Assembly (NCBI GenBank): GCA_963752475.1
Contig: CAVVYR010000006.1
Span: 768,001 to 832,000 of the forward strand
Reading direction: 5' to 3'
From: an uncultured Chloroflexia bacterium
GTDB lineage: Bacteria; Chloroflexota; Limnocylindria; Limnocylindrales; CSP1-4
DNA: 64,000 bases
The first letter of the stretch is position 1. Each line of letters opens with the position of its first letter. Below, in pieces: positions 12,871-23,376 of the stretch. A model generated the notes under the pieces. That model made no database searches. It was not told where the DNA came from and saw only the letters and a program-made list of their open reading frames with translations. The translations under genes and the position numbers were made by a program.

Positions 12871-14277
12871 ATGAGGGACGAGCTTTCGGTCGCCATGACG
12901 CTGGCGTTCTATCCACGCGGCGGATCGGCCCAGGTGGTGCGGTACCTGGGTAGGGCGCTTCAGCGACTCGGAACCGACGTGACGGTGTGCTGTGGGTCGC
13001 TCGGGCCTCCGGGTGTGGCGTCTCACGCTGCGACGTTCTTCGACGGTCTGCCGGTCTACGCGTTGGACTTCAGCGAATCGGTCGCGTGGTTCGGGGACGG
13101 CCGAGATCCGATGGCGGCGCCGGTGCCGATCCACCCTTCGTTCGAGGACCGACCAGGAGTTCCCGACCGCGTGTTCGCTTCGATCGAGTCGGAGGCCTAT
13201 GAGCGGCAGGTCGCGGCATGGCTGGCGCTGCTGAAGGAGGCGGGTGCACCAGACATCTATCACGCCCATCACCTGACCCACGTGAACGATGCCATCCGCG
13301 CCCTTGACGCTCGACCTGTCGTCGCGCACCTCCACGGCACCGAGCTCAAGATGCTCCACGACATCCGCCAGCGGGAGTCGGGCGGGTGGCCGTACGCGGA
13401 GGAGTGGGATCAGCGGCTCGTGGCCGCCGCGCATCGGGCCGATCGCGTCATCGTGATCTCGCCCGCCGATGAGCAGCTCGCGGTCGATCTTCTTGGGCTC
13501 GACCCTGGCCGGATCGAGATCGTGCCCAACGGTGTCGACACGACGGCCTTTGCTCCGGCCGACGCCTCCGCCGCGGACCGGCTGGCCCGATGGCGCCGGT
13601 GGCTGGTCGACGATCCGCAGGGATGGGACGAAAGTGGAGAGCCCGGCACGATCGCCTACACGAAGGAGGAGGTGCACCAGGCCTTCGTGGCGGCCGATAC
13701 CGGCGACCTGCGTCCCGTGCTGCTCTTCGTCGGGCAATTCCTCGACTTCAAGCGCGTGCCGCTCCTCATCCGGGCCTATGCCCTGGTGCGCGAGGCCCTC
13801 GGTGCCGACGCCCCACCGCTGGTCATCTGGGGCGGCTATCCGGGGGAGTGGGAGGGCGAGCATCCCCACACCGTGGCGACCTCGATGGGCGTCGACGGTG
13901 TCTTCTTCGTTGGATGGCATGGACATGACGAACTGGCCATCGGGTTCAACTCTGCCGACGTGTTCGTGGCGCCCTCGGTCGGGGAGCCCTTCGGCCAGGT
14001 CTACCTGGAAGCCATGGCGTGCGGGTTGCCCGTGATCGCAACCAACTCGGGCGGTCCTCCATCGTTCGTGAACACCGATCCGGACCGACCGAACGGTTGG
14101 CTCGTCACGCCCGACGACGCCAGTGATCTTGCCACCGCCTTGATCGAAGCCGCCACCCAGACGAGATCACGCACGGAACGCGGACAGAACGCACGCCGCA
14201 CGGTGGTGAAGCGGTTCGATTGGCTTCGGATCGCAGAGCAAGTCGAAGGCATCTACCACCGGGTTCTGACTCAGTGA
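12871..14277 (+). CDS. Glycosyltransferase family 4
   Basis: IVPNGVD, KRV, EPFGQVYLEAMACGLPVIAT; probable leaderless start (CAGAAT 6 nt upstream). Confidence 0.9.
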   Translation: MRDELSVAMTLAFYPRGGSAQVVRYLGRALQRLGTDVTVCCGSLGPPGVASHAATFFDGLPVYALDFSESVAWFGDGRDPMAAPVPIHPSFEDRPGVPDRVFASIESEAYERQVAAWLALLKEAGAPDIYHAHHLTHVNDAIRALDARPVVAHLHGTELKMLHDIRQRESGGWPYAEEWDQRLVAAAHRADRVIVISPADEQLAVDLLGLDPGRIEIVPNGVDTTAFAPADASAADRLARWRRWLVDDPQGWDESGEPGTIAYTKEEVHQAFVAADTGDLRPVLLFVGQFLDFKRVPLLIRAYALVREALGADAPPLVIWGGYPGEWEGEHPHTVATSMGVDGVFFVGWHGHDELAIGFNSADVFVAPSVGEPFGQVYLEAMACGLPVIATNSGGPPSFVNTDPDRPNGWLVTPDDASDLATALIEAATQTRSRTERGQNARRTVVKRFDWLRIAEQVEGIYHRVLTQ

Positions 14278-14316
14278 TCATCGGCGGCTGAGGCGCGCCT
14301 CCACGTTGAACCTGGT

Positions 14317-15171
14317 TCAGCGGTTCATGCGGTCGGGCGCGTCCTCGGTGGGAACCCGGATGAGCCGCGCGTCGTCGAAGGTGTGCGAGTCGCCGAGGCC
14401 CAGCAGCGTCAGCTCCTGCACGGCGCCGTCGGGCATGCGCGGATTGCCCACGGCGTTGGTGTCGATGCCCAGCGAGTGGCCATCGTGGTGGAAGGTCGGT
14501 CCGTCCCACTGGGGCGTGTGGCCGAAGACGACGCGATCGATGCCGGCAGCGTGGTAGGCCTCGAAGGCATCAGAGTCCCACGGGGTATCGAAGAAGCCCG
14601 AACGCACCCACAGGTGTTCGTCGGTGGTGATGCCGAGGTCGTCGAGTGCGTGCCCCGGCGCCAGCCCGCCGTGGACAAAGAGCACGTCGCGCCAACGCAC
14701 GGCCTGCGGCAGTGAGCCCAGCCACTCGAAGAGCCACGGCGCACAGCGTCGGATGCCGGCCAGCAGCTCGGTGGCGTGCTCCGGATCGAAGTCACCGCAG
14801 CCGAAGGCGTCGACCGTCCCGCGGCCGCCGTAGTCGAGCCAGGTCTCAAGCCACTCGTGAGCGCCGTCAGCCGCCATCAGCGGCATGATCTCGTGGTTGC
14901 CGCGGGCCAGCACGACCGCCCCACCCGCCGCCGCAGCCTCCGACTGCAGACGTCGCAGCAGGGCCACCAGCCCATCGATATCGCCACCACGATCGAGGTA
15001 GTCGCCGCAACCCACCAGTGCGGTCTTCGCCGGCGCCACCCAGCGACCATCCCCGTCGATCAGCCCGGCTTGCTCGAGTGCCGTCACGAGGCCCGAGGTC
15101 ACGCCGTGCGTGTCGCTGAAGGCCCAAACCGCCCAGTCGTGCGGCAGGTGGGGGAGGCGGGCGTCGAACAT
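14317..15171 (-). CDS. Calcineurin-like metallophosphoesterase
   Basis: SDTHG, GDYLDRG, RGNHE, FVHGG and FGHTP motifs. Confidence 0.9.
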   Translation of the reverse strand: MFDARLPHLPHDWAVWAFSDTHGVTSGLVTALEQAGLIDGDGRWVAPAKTALVGCGDYLDRGGDIDGLVALLRRLQSEAAAAGGAVVLARGNHEIMPLMAADGAHEWLETWLDYGGRGTVDAFGCGDFDPEHATELLAGIRRCAPWLFEWLGSLPQAVRWRDVLFVHGGLAPGHALDDLGITTDEHLWVRSGFFDTPWDSDAFEAYHAAGIDRVVFGHTPQWDGPTFHHDGHSLGIDTNAVGNPRMPDGAVQELTLLGLGDSHTFDDARLIRVPTEDAPDRMNR

Positions 15172-15263
15172 GGGCCCAGTATCGCCGCCTCCCGCGGCTC
15201 GCGGGCGGAAGCGCCAGAATGGAGCGGGCACGAGATCGTGGCCGCACACGGGGGAACTGAGCA

Positions 15264-15794
15264 ATGACCGACCTGACCTCGGCGGAGGCGCTGCGGGAGG
15301 CGGCCCTGGCGCAGGCCGACGCCTACTACCTCGACGACGCTCACCCGTACGGGTGCGCCGAAACCACCTTCATGACGCTCAAGGGCGTCTACGGGCTTGA
15401 CGACCCGGCGGACCCCGCAGCCGCCATCGCCCTCAATGGCGGCATCGGCTACAGCGGCGGGCCCTGCGGCGCGGTCACCGGCGCGGCCCTGGCCGTGGGC
15501 CTGCTGGCCGAGCGACGCATCGCGGACCACAAGAAGGCGAAGTTGGTCGCTCGCGAGCTGGTGCACGGCACGATGGAGGCCTTCAGCCGGGAGCACGGCG
15601 CCATCGACTGCCGCCAGCTCATCGGCTACGACCTGCGCGCTCCCGGAGAGCACGACGCCTTCATCGAGAGCGGTCTCTGGCGTGAGGCCTGCGCCGGTCA
15701 GATCAGGTTCGTAGTAGGACACCTCGCGGTGTTGGCCGACGATGAGGCCTGGGAGACGGCGGTAGACCGAGTCGAGGCGCGACCGGCAACCTGA
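15264..15794 (+). CDS. C-GCAxxG-C-C family putative redox protein
   Basis: YGCAE...GGPCGAVTG...DCRQL...C cysteine pattern. Confidence 0.8.
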   Translation: MTDLTSAEALREAALAQADAYYLDDAHPYGCAETTFMTLKGVYGLDDPADPAAAIALNGGIGYSGGPCGAVTGAALAVGLLAERRIADHKKAKLVARELVHGTMEAFSREHGAIDCRQLIGYDLRAPGEHDAFIESGLWREACAGQIRFVVGHLAVLADDEAWETAVDRVEARPAT

Positions 15795-15808
15795 ACCCAG
15801 ACACGGAA

Positions 15809-15840
15809 AGAGCCCTCCCGCCTACCAGCGGGAGGGCTCT
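15809..15840. terminator. Hairpin between convergent genes
   Basis: AGAGCCCTCCCGC-ctacca-GCGGGAGGGCTCT, perfect 13-bp stem. Confidence 0.8.
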
Positions 15841-15870
15841 GATCAGCCGTGTCACACGGCCATCTGTCGA

Positions 15871-17223
15871 CTACCAGGTGCAGACACCATCGTCGTCGCA
15901 CTCGGCTTCTGACTTGGCGATATCGAGGATCTCGAGGCCCTGATCGGGATCGAGAACCACGATGTCACCCTTGGTCCCGTCGTCATTGAACGGGGTGTAC
16001 GACGGGGTCACCGCGTTGACGCCGGTAGGCGTGTACGTGGCGGGTCCTGTCGCGCCGTCATAGTTGATGGCCTTACCCTCGCGCAGGAGAGCCAGGCACT
16101 CCTCGTACAGGTAGCAGGCTTCGCCGTCGGCGTCGCCGACCGCATACATGGCCGGCACCCAGTCGGAAACGTTGTACGATTCTGCCTGCTCGATGGCCAG
16201 GGCCGTATGGACCAGGAGGTCATAGCCGGAAAACGCGTACGGAGTCGTCGCGTCGTACGGCGGACACTCGGCCACGCCCTCGGTGCAGCCTTCCTGCGCG
16301 TTCCACAGCTCCTCGTAGAACTGCCAGCCTGGCGAGTCGAAGTTGGGTGCAAAGGCAGCGAAGCCGATGGCTTCTTGCGTGGGGATGGGATCGGTTCCGA
16401 GTGAGCCGATGAACTCGGCCTCGCTCCAGCCGGTCTCACCGATCCAGTTGAGTGCGAGGCCGGCCTCCGCCGCTGCCTTGATCATGTTGGCGGATTCCAC
16501 GGATCCCGCCTGCATGAGGACAGCGTCCGGTTCCAGGTCGAAGATCCTCTGGGCCTCGGCCCGATACGACGCCTGCTCCGGTGGAGCGTCGATACGGTCC
16601 AGCACGTTGAGGCCGAGGGCCTCGGCAGCCTTCTCCTCGGCGTTCGCCGCCAGCTGGAAGCCCTCCACCTCGGTGGCGAAGATCACGACGTCTTCAGCGC
16701 CGATCGAGTCGGCGTACAGTGCCCCGGCGACGCCGAGCATGTCGTCGACACCCTGGGCTCGGAAGAGCGGCTCTTCGACGCTCCCGCCGAGGTTGCCCGG
16801 GATGGCCCCGCCGTGGATGGTCGGCGCGAGCGGCGCGTCGTTCTCTGCCCACTGCTCGAGCATGTAGTCACGGTAGTTGCGGTACTGGTGAGCCATGCTC
16901 ACGATGATCTCGGCACCGTGCTGCTCGATACACTTCCTGGCCGCCTGGCCCTCCATGTCATCTCCGATGTCCTCGGAGATGAGCGCCCATGGGCGTCCGA
17001 GCGGTGGGTCCACGTTGATGACCTCATCGATGACGAAGCGGACATCGTTCGTGAGGCTGGGTCCGTACGAGGCGAAGCTTCCGGTGTAGTAGGCGAGCTC
17101 GCAGACTTCGACCGGTTCAGCTTCATCCTGTGCCGCGACGCCTACGCTGAGCGACGTGGCGAGGAGGGTCGCCCCGGCGATCGACGCCGCGAAGCGACCT
17201 GCTTGCTTGCTCCTCAAGTTCAT
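15871..17223 (-). CDS. ABC transporter substrate-binding protein (LivK/LivJ-like)
   Basis: Signal peptide; INYDGATGP C-terminal motif; last gene of the livHMGF-like operon. Confidence 0.82.
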   Translation of the reverse strand: MNLRSKQAGRFAASIAGATLLATSLSVGVAAQDEAEPVEVCELAYYTGSFASYGPSLTNDVRFVIDEVINVDPPLGRPWALISEDIGDDMEGQAARKCIEQHGAEIIVSMAHQYRNYRDYMLEQWAENDAPLAPTIHGGAIPGNLGGSVEEPLFRAQGVDDMLGVAGALYADSIGAEDVVIFATEVEGFQLAANAEEKAAEALGLNVLDRIDAPPEQASYRAEAQRIFDLEPDAVLMQAGSVESANMIKAAAEAGLALNWIGETGWSEAEFIGSLGTDPIPTQEAIGFAAFAPNFDSPGWQFYEELWNAQEGCTEGVAECPPYDATTPYAFSGYDLLVHTALAIEQAESYNVSDWVPAMYAVGDADGEACYLYEECLALLREGKAINYDGATGPATYTPTGVNAVTPSYTPFNDDGTKGDIVVLDPDQGLEILDIAKSEAECDDDGVCTW

Positions 17224-17268
17224 GAACGTTCTCCTCCTGCTGTGGCCTGGACCGAGGTCATGTGGGTA

Positions 17269-17985
17269 TCAGATCCGATAGCCCTCCTTCAGCTGCTGTG
17301 TTGTCACTTCGGCGGCGTCCACTACCGCGGTGGATTCACCAAGATTGAGCACCATCACGCGATCGGCGACCTGCAAGGCCTTGGTCGCGTTCTGCTCGGC
17401 GAGAACGATAGCTACCCCCCGAAGCAGGTGCATCTCTCTGACCTTGCCCATGAAGAGGTCGACGTAGAGCGGCGACAGCCCGGCCGTCGGTTCGTCGAGG
17501 AGCAGGACCTTGGGGTCTTGCATCAGGGCTCGTCCGCAGGCGACCATCCGGGACTCCCCACCACTCAACGTGCCGGCCATCTGACCCTGCATGTCCTTGA
17601 TCGCGGGGAACAGCTCGAACACCTCACCTAGCCGTTCCTCGTAGGGGCGAACGCCGATCATGCCGCCGACCCTCAGGTTCTCCGAGACGGTGAGGTCTGG
17701 GAAGACGCCTTGCTCCTGGGGTACGTAGGCGATGCCCCGGGCCGCGGTCTGGAAGGGGCGCAGATGAGAAACGTCCTCCTCCACGAAGCGGATGGTGCCG
17801 CCCATCAGCGGAAGCAGACGCGCCAGGGTGGCGAGGAGCGTGGTCTTGCCGGCACCGTTGGCGCCCAGCACAGCGAAGACCTCGCTGCCGACCGTGAAGT
17901 CCAGGCCCTTCAGGACCGTGACGCCGTGGTAGCCGCTCTTGAGTCCGCTGACCTCGATGATGCCAGGGGCCGGTGTCTCAGACAT
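17269..17985 (-). CDS. ABC ATPase, LivF-like
   Basis: GANGAGKTT, LSGGE and LLLDEPTAGL motifs. Confidence 0.9.
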   Translation of the reverse strand: MSETPAPGIIEVSGLKSGYHGVTVLKGLDFTVGSEVFAVLGANGAGKTTLLATLARLLPLMGGTIRFVEEDVSHLRPFQTAARGIAYVPQEQGVFPDLTVSENLRVGGMIGVRPYEERLGEVFELFPAIKDMQGQMAGTLSGGESRMVACGRALMQDPKVLLLDEPTAGLSPLYVDLFMGKVREMHLLRGVAIVLAEQNATKALQVADRVMVLNLGESTAVVDAAEVTTQQLKEGYRI

Positions 17986-18772
17986 GCCCCTCTCCCAGGT
18001 ACTTCTCGACGACCGTGCGGTGCTCACGGATGGTCTCTGGTTCACCGTCGAGGACCACCTTTCCCTCGGCCATGAAGTGAACCTTGTCACACAGGCTCCA
18101 GATGACGTTGAGATCGTGCTCGACGATGACCACGGTCGTGTCCTCGGAAGCGAGTCGTCTCATCTCGTCCATGACCTTCTCGGTCAGATCTTCGGGCAGG
18201 CCAGCGGTCGGTTCGTCCATGAGCAGGAAGCTGGGCTTGAGGAGCAGGCAGCGCACGATGTCGAGCAGCTTCTTCTCTCCCGCCGAGAGGGCGAAGGTGG
18301 TGGGGTCATCGAAGCCGAAGTAGTCGAGGTAGTGGCGCATCTCCTCCTCATGAGCCTCGAAGACGGTCTTCTCGGACAAGACCCGGTAGGGCTGCTCGTA
18401 CCTGGATTCCGCGACCGACAGCAGCAGCGAATCCCAGATGGTCAGCTTCTCGAAGTCCATGATGACCTGGTTCGATTTCACCACACCGTGGTGTGCGATC
18501 TTCTGGGCCGGCAGCGATGAGAGCACGACGTCGCGGTCATCCGGCGTGTGGAGCGTGACCGTTCCCCTGTCCAGTGGCAGCGAGTGCATGACCATACGCA
18601 TCAACGTGGTCTTGCCCGCGCCGTTGGGTCCGATGAGTCCTTCGATGGGCGTCTCGCCCAGCACCAGGTCCTCGACGTCGACGACGACACGGCCCGAGAA
18701 GGACTTGACCGCATCCTTCACGCGGATCCGAGGTCGCGTCACCTCAGGCTGGGTCACGGCTTCACTTGCCAT
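17978..18772 (-). CDS. ABC ATPase, LivG-like
   Basis: GPNGAGKTT, LSAGE, MDEP and VEHD motifs. Confidence 0.9.
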   Translation of the reverse strand: MASEAVTQPEVTRPRIRVKDAVKSFSGRVVVDVEDLVLGETPIEGLIGPNGAGKTTLMRMVMHSLPLDRGTVTLHTPDDRDVVLSSLPAQKIAHHGVVKSNQVIMDFEKLTIWDSLLLSVAESRYEQPYRVLSEKTVFEAHEEEMRHYLDYFGFDDPTTFALSAGEKKLLDIVRCLLLKPSFLLMDEPTAGLPEDLTEKVMDEMRRLASEDTTVVIVEHDLNVIWSLCDKVHFMAEGKVVLDGEPETIREHRTVVEKYLGEGHV

Positions 18773-19709
18773 GGAGCTTGCTCATGAGCTTGTCTCGCCG
18801 CATGTCGCCTAGGATGCCGAGCGGACGGAAGATCAGGATGACGATGAGCGCGGCTCCGAAGACGGCCTCCCGGAGGACCGGGATCGTCTGGGTGTACCAC
18901 TCTCGAGGGAGCGGCAGATACGACTGGACCAGGATGTCGAAGAGGCCGACGGTCATAGCGACGCCCACCACGGCACCCCAGACGCGCGCGCTTCCGCCCA
19001 GCACGAGTCCGACCATCGCCGCCAGGGTCACGGTCACACCGATCTGCCCGACATCCAGGTACCGCAACTGCACGCCGGCCAGCGCGCCGAGCAGACCCAT
19101 CCCAGCAGAGGTGACGGTGAAGAGTCCGAGCTTGGCGCGGTAGGTCGACTTGCCCAGGCTGCGCGCCAGTGGCTCGTTGCCGCCGATGCCGATGAGCAGT
19201 CGGCCGTAGGGTGAGCGATGGACCTGTCTAGCGAACAGGAAGATGCCGACGACGACAGCGGCGACAACGAGTAGCCAGACGAACTCGTCCTCCTTCACCT
19301 TGCCCACGTCGAAGGGGATCCGCAGTCCGCCCAAGCCGCGTGAGCCCCCGGTCCACTGGTCCTCCGTGGTGGCTAGGATCTGCACCGCGGCGGCGAAGCC
19401 GAGCGTGGTTACGAGCACGCCGTCGGTGTCCTGGTCAGAGATGAACCAGCCCACGACCAGGCCGGCGATACCGGTGACGACCGTGGCGATGGCAGTGCAC
19501 ACGAGGAACTGCCAGGGGTCGCCGAACGGCCAGTCGATCTGAACGTAGAGCACTCCGAACACGAACATGCCCAGGCCCCAGAAACCGACCACGCCGAAGT
19601 TGGCGATGCGCGTGAGGCCCAGCTGCAGGTGCAGCAGCAGCGCGAGGCCCGTGATCATCACGACCTGGAAGAGGCCGGTGATCAGGAAGGAGTCGAGCCA
19701 GTCAAGCAT
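18762..19709 (-). CDS. ABC permease, LivM-like
   Basis: TGG..GL, SPYGR.L and RPLGILG motifs; multiple TM helices. Confidence 0.88.
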   Translation of the reverse strand: MLDWLDSFLITGLFQVVMITGLALLLHLQLGLTRIANFGVVGFWGLGMFVFGVLYVQIDWPFGDPWQFLVCTAIATVVTGIAGLVVGWFISDQDTDGVLVTTLGFAAAVQILATTEDQWTGGSRGLGGLRIPFDVGKVKEDEFVWLLVVAAVVVGIFLFARQVHRSPYGRLLIGIGGNEPLARSLGKSTYRAKLGLFTVTSAGMGLLGALAGVQLRYLDVGQIGVTVTLAAMVGLVLGGSARVWGAVVGVAMTVGLFDILVQSYLPLPREWYTQTIPVLREAVFGAALIVILIFRPLGILGDMRRDKLMSKLHGK

Positions 19710-19713
19710 CGTG

Positions 19714-20586
19714 CTACACCTTCACCGCTTCAGCCAGCTTGTGACCCCGCAACTTGAGCAGGATGACGAAGCCAACGATCAGTACCAGATGCGAGTAGAG
19801 GATGTGGTCGAACGTGAGCGCCATAGCCGTGAGTGCGACTCCGGTGGCCAGTCCCACGGCGATGACGCCGCCCAGCCCCCACGCTCCGCCAACAAGGACC
19901 ACGAGCAGGATGAACAGGAACTGCTGCCAGCCGAGCAGCGGGGCCACCGAAGAGCTGACCCCATAGAACGTACCCGCCAGGCCGCCGGCTGCCCCGGCCA
20001 CGAACCAGATCATCATCGTCACGGCCAACGGCCGGATGCCGCTCACTTGAGCGAGGTTCTCATCGGCGGCCAGGGCGCGGGCCTGGAGCCCGAACCTGGT
20101 CCGGCGGATGAAGAGGTAGAGCAGCAGTGCCAGGACGATGACGGTCACGAGCGCCACCAGCCTGAACGAGGAGATCCCTACGTCGAAGATGTAGATCGTC
20201 TCCGCGGGCGGGAGGTCGAAGAACCGACGCGGGTAGCCGAAGATGAACTGCAGCCCGTGTCGCAGGAAGATCGAAAGGCCGAAGGAGATGATGATCATCT
20301 CGAGCACGCCGACACCGCGCTGTTTGGCCGGGCGGAAGATCAACAGGTACGTACCGACCGAGAGAACCCCGCTCAGGATGGCTGTCGGGATGAGGACCGC
20401 GAAGAAGTCCAGCTCGAAGGTCGTGTTCAGCCACATGCCGAAGTAGGCACCGAGCGTGATCGTTTCCGAATAGGCCACGTTGATGAGCCCGGTGAGGCGG
20501 TAGATGAGGGCGAAACCGATCGCCGCCAGCACCAGGGGCGCGTGCTCGGTGAGGCCGATGACCACCGACTGCGCGATGAAGTCCAT
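19714..20586 (-). CDS. ABC permease, LivH-like
   Basis: AIGFALIY..TG.INVA, RTRFG...RA and VLVGG motifs. Confidence 0.88.
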   Translation of the reverse strand: MDFIAQSVVIGLTEHAPLVLAAIGFALIYRLTGLINVAYSETITLGAYFGMWLNTTFELDFFAVLIPTAILSGVLSVGTYLLIFRPAKQRGVGVLEMIIISFGLSIFLRHGLQFIFGYPRRFFDLPPAETIYIFDVGISSFRLVALVTVIVLALLLYLFIRRTRFGLQARALAADENLAQVSGIRPLAVTMMIWFVAGAAGGLAGTFYGVSSSVAPLLGWQQFLFILLVVLVGGAWGLGGVIAVGLATGVALTAMALTFDHILYSHLVLIVGFVILLKLRGHKLAEAVKV

Positions 20587-20670
20587 CAGCCGTTGAGCCG
20601 GATCCGCCGGTCAGCGGTCCGGGGCCTCGTCGCTCCGCGGGGACTGGTTTCGGTCATCCGATCCTCGACC

Positions 20671-21636
20671 CTACTCGCAGCTCGTTACCGGGCCATCGCT
20701 GGCCATCAGCTTCTGTACCCGCTGGGCCACACGCTCGGCCGACAGACAATACATGTCCAGCAGCTCCTCATCGGTGGCAGACTCGGTGTAGTGGTCCTGC
20801 AGGCCGATGCGATCGACGCGCGTGGGGCGGTGCTCGCTGAGCGTCTCGGCCACCGCGCCACCGAGGCCACCGATGACGGTGTGCTCCTCGATGGTCACGA
20901 CGCGGCCGGTCTTCTCCGCGGCCTCGATGACGCCGGCCACGTCGATCGGCTTGATCGTGGGCATGTGCACCACGTGCGCCTCGATGCCGGCAGCCGCGAG
21001 GATGTCGGCGGCGTCCACCACGCGGGGCGTCTGGGTGCCGGTGCTGATGAGCGTGATGTCGCGGCCCTCGCGCACGGTCTTGACGCGACCGAACTGGAAC
21101 TTGTGTCCGGGCTCGAAGAGCACCTGGGTGGTGTCGCGCACGAGCCGGATGAAGACCGGGCCGTCGTACTCGACCGACCAGGCCAGGACCTCTCGGGTCT
21201 CGACCTCATCCGCAGGCGAGATGACGACCATGCCGGGCATGGCCCGCGCGATGGAGATGTCATCGACGATCTGGTGGGTCTTGCCCGCCTTGCCCGTGAA
21301 GAGGCCGCAGTAGCCGGCGGTGATCTTGACGTTCGCGCCGGTCTGCGCGATGAGCACCCGGATCTGGTCCAGCGGGCGGTGCAGGGCGAAGGCCACGAAG
21401 GTGCTGATGAAGGGCATCAGGCCGACCTTGGCCATGCCCGCGGCGACGCCCAGCATGTTCTGCTCGGCGATGCCCATCTGGTAGTAGCGCTCGGGGTAGG
21501 CGTCCTCGAAGAGCTTGGCCTGGGTGGAGCTGCCGAGGTCACCGTCGAGCATCACGATGCGGTCGTCCCTGCCCGCGAGCTCGGTCACGGTCTCGCCGAA
21601 GACGAGGCGTAGCTGCTTGCCCATCGGCAACGTCAT
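20671..21636 (-). CDS. Transketolase C-terminal (pyrimidine-binding) subunit
   Basis: DGDLGSST, GIAEQN, TH, EEH..IGGLG motifs. Confidence 0.9.
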   Translation of the reverse strand: MTLPMGKQLRLVFGETVTELAGRDDRIVMLDGDLGSSTQAKLFEDAYPERYYQMGIAEQNMLGVAAGMAKVGLMPFISTFVAFALHRPLDQIRVLIAQTGANVKITAGYCGLFTGKAGKTHQIVDDISIARAMPGMVVISPADEVETREVLAWSVEYDGPVFIRLVRDTTQVLFEPGHKFQFGRVKTVREGRDITLISTGTQTPRVVDAADILAAAGIEAHVVHMPTIKPIDVAGVIEAAEKTGRVVTIEEHTVIGGLGGAVAETLSEHRPTRVDRIGLQDHYTESATDEELLDMYCLSAERVAQRVQKLMASDGPVTSCE

Positions 21637-22520
21637 GCCGCACCCCCATCGTTCTCGCCCAGGTCGCGCATGGCGATGGCGAACTCTTCCTCGGTGGGCA
21701 CGCCCATGTGCCACTTGTAGTCGCCGGCCATGAAGCTGACGCCGTAACCCTTGAGCGTGTTGGCGATGACGGCCGTGGGCCGCCCGGTCGGCTGCGAGGC
21801 CAACTCGAGCACGCGCACCACGTCAGTCATGTCGTTGCCGTTCATCTCGAGCACGCGCCAGCCGAAGGCCTTGAAGCGGGCCACGAGGTCACCCGGTTCC
21901 TCCGGTGGCAGGCGGTCGCTCGCGGAGTCGCCACGCCAGCCGAATTGCTGGAACCTGTTGTGGTCGACGATGCCGATGAGGTTGTCGGCCCCGAACCGGG
22001 GTGCCACGTGGGCGGCCTCCCAGATCTGGCCCTCCTGCACCTCGCCATCGCCCATGAGCACGTACGTGCGGAAGTCTTGGCCCAGGTGCCTGGCAGCGAG
22101 CGCCATGCCCAGGCCGGCGCTCAAGCCCATGCCCAACGATCCGGTGGAGATGTCGATGCCGGGCAGCTTGTTCATGTCAGGATGACCCTGGAGTCGGGCG
22201 CCCTTCACGTTGAAGGTGTACATCTCCTCGAGCTCGAAGTAGCCCGCGAGGGCCATGGCCCCGTACTGGCCCAGGGCGGAGTGGCCCTTCGAGAGGATGA
22301 AACGATCGCGATCGGGCCAATCGGGCTCATCGGGACGGATGCGCATGATGCGGCCGTACAGGGCCGCGAGGATATCGGCCGCGGAGAGGGGGCCACCGAC
22401 ATGTCCGACCTTGCGGTCGGTGACGGTGCGGATGACCGCGACGCGGATGCGCCGGGCCATGTCGCTGAGCCGCGCGATCTCCTCGGCCGTGGCGGGTGCG
22501 GGCGCGGGGTCGGTGGTCAT
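21633..22520 (-). CDS. Transketolase N-terminal (TPP-binding) subunit
   Basis: GHVGG, RDRFILSKGH, LQGHP, STGSLGMG, GDGE..EG..WEA motifs. Confidence 0.92.
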   Translation of the reverse strand: MTTDPAPAPATAEEIARLSDMARRIRVAVIRTVTDRKVGHVGGPLSAADILAALYGRIMRIRPDEPDWPDRDRFILSKGHSALGQYGAMALAGYFELEEMYTFNVKGARLQGHPDMNKLPGIDISTGSLGMGLSAGLGMALAARHLGQDFRTYVLMGDGEVQEGQIWEAAHVAPRFGADNLIGIVDHNRFQQFGWRGDSASDRLPPEEPGDLVARFKAFGWRVLEMNGNDMTDVVRVLELASQPTGRPTAVIANTLKGYGVSFMAGDYKWHMGVPTEEEFAIAMRDLGENDGGAA

Positions 22521-22888
22521 TCGGGCCGCTTGCCTTTCTCGTAGGAGCCAGGGACGACGGGCGGGCTGAAGAAGCAGGCGATCTCGAGCGGCTCGGGGCC
22601 ATCGGACTCGGTCGCGTGCGGGGTGCCGGGGCTGACCCATACGACCGAACCGGGCTCGAGCTCTCCGACGCCGTCGGGGGTGATGATGCGGCCGCGACCC
22701 GCGACGCAGTAGATCGTCTCCTCCTGGGTGTCGTGGACGTGGCCCTCGGGCGCAGACCCCGCGGGGAAGATCGAGACCCCGAAGCTGATGCGCTCGGTGG
22801 GGATGTTGTCGGGCCCGAGATACGTATGCCAGTCACGTCCGGGCAGGGGATAGACCTCCGCCTCCTGGCGGGATACCCGCTTCATCAT
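22517..22888 (-). CDS. Cupin domain protein
   Basis: HVH...EE..Y and PG..H cupin motifs; GAGG precedes ATG 22888. Confidence 0.82.
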   Translation of the reverse strand: MMKRVSRQEAEVYPLPGRDWHTYLGPDNIPTERISFGVSIFPAGSAPEGHVHDTQEETIYCVAGRGRIITPDGVGELEPGSVVWVSPGTPHATESDGPEPLEIACFFSPPVVPGSYEKGKRPE

Positions 22889-22971
22889 CAGGTCCACCTC
22901 TTCATGCATCCCATCGGCGCCTGCGTTCGAGCGCCGTTCCCTCCGCCCGTCTGACGGTGCGGATCATCACA

Positions 22972-23013
22972 ATCGATTATCGAGGATACGCGTTTCAGGC
23001 TAGCCAATGTCAA
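22972..23013 (-). promoter_or_regulatory. Sigma70-like promoter with operator for the leftward operon
   Basis: Minus strand TTGACA (23013-23008), N19, TATCCT (22988-22983), followed directly by the palindrome TCGAT-A-ATCGA (22973-22983). The spacer is long. Confidence 0.55.
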
Positions 23014-23148
23014 GCGGCCCCGCAACAGGGGCCATCCGGCCTATGCACACAACCGCCTATCAACCCTCCGCCGATCGGTCCACCGGCAAGGCGAGGGCCG
23101 GGTCGCCGGGCTCGTCCGTCTTCCTCGGGCGTTCCCAGCCACCCGTCC

Positions 23149-23198
23149 TTGACTGTCATGCAGCGAGGCGCGTACAGTCATCGGTAATCGATTATCTA
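23149..23198 (+). promoter_or_regulatory. Sigma70-like promoter with operator for the rightward operon
   Basis: TTGACT (23149-23154), N18, TACAGT (23173-23178), then ATCGGTAATCGATTATCTA. Confidence 0.65.
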
Positions 23199-23376
23199 TG
23201 AGTCGGGCCGCCAAGCGACCCGATGCAGGGGTGGAGGTTGCCGCTGATCCAAGTGCCCTTGAGTTGATGTCCCGACCCACGAGGTCGGGATTGATGGATC
23301 TGATGGCTCGGAGGGAGCCGAAGTCACGGACCGGCCGTGGAGGACGGCTGGCACACCGCATGGAGGCGAACGACAC

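Noticed and set aside
19567-21612. Long ORFs antisense to real genes (also 1384..2904, 23041..24993, 25726..27441, 43835..45286)
   Set aside because: Shadow ORFs typical of high-GC codon bias; no motifs, and the opposite strand holds clear genes.
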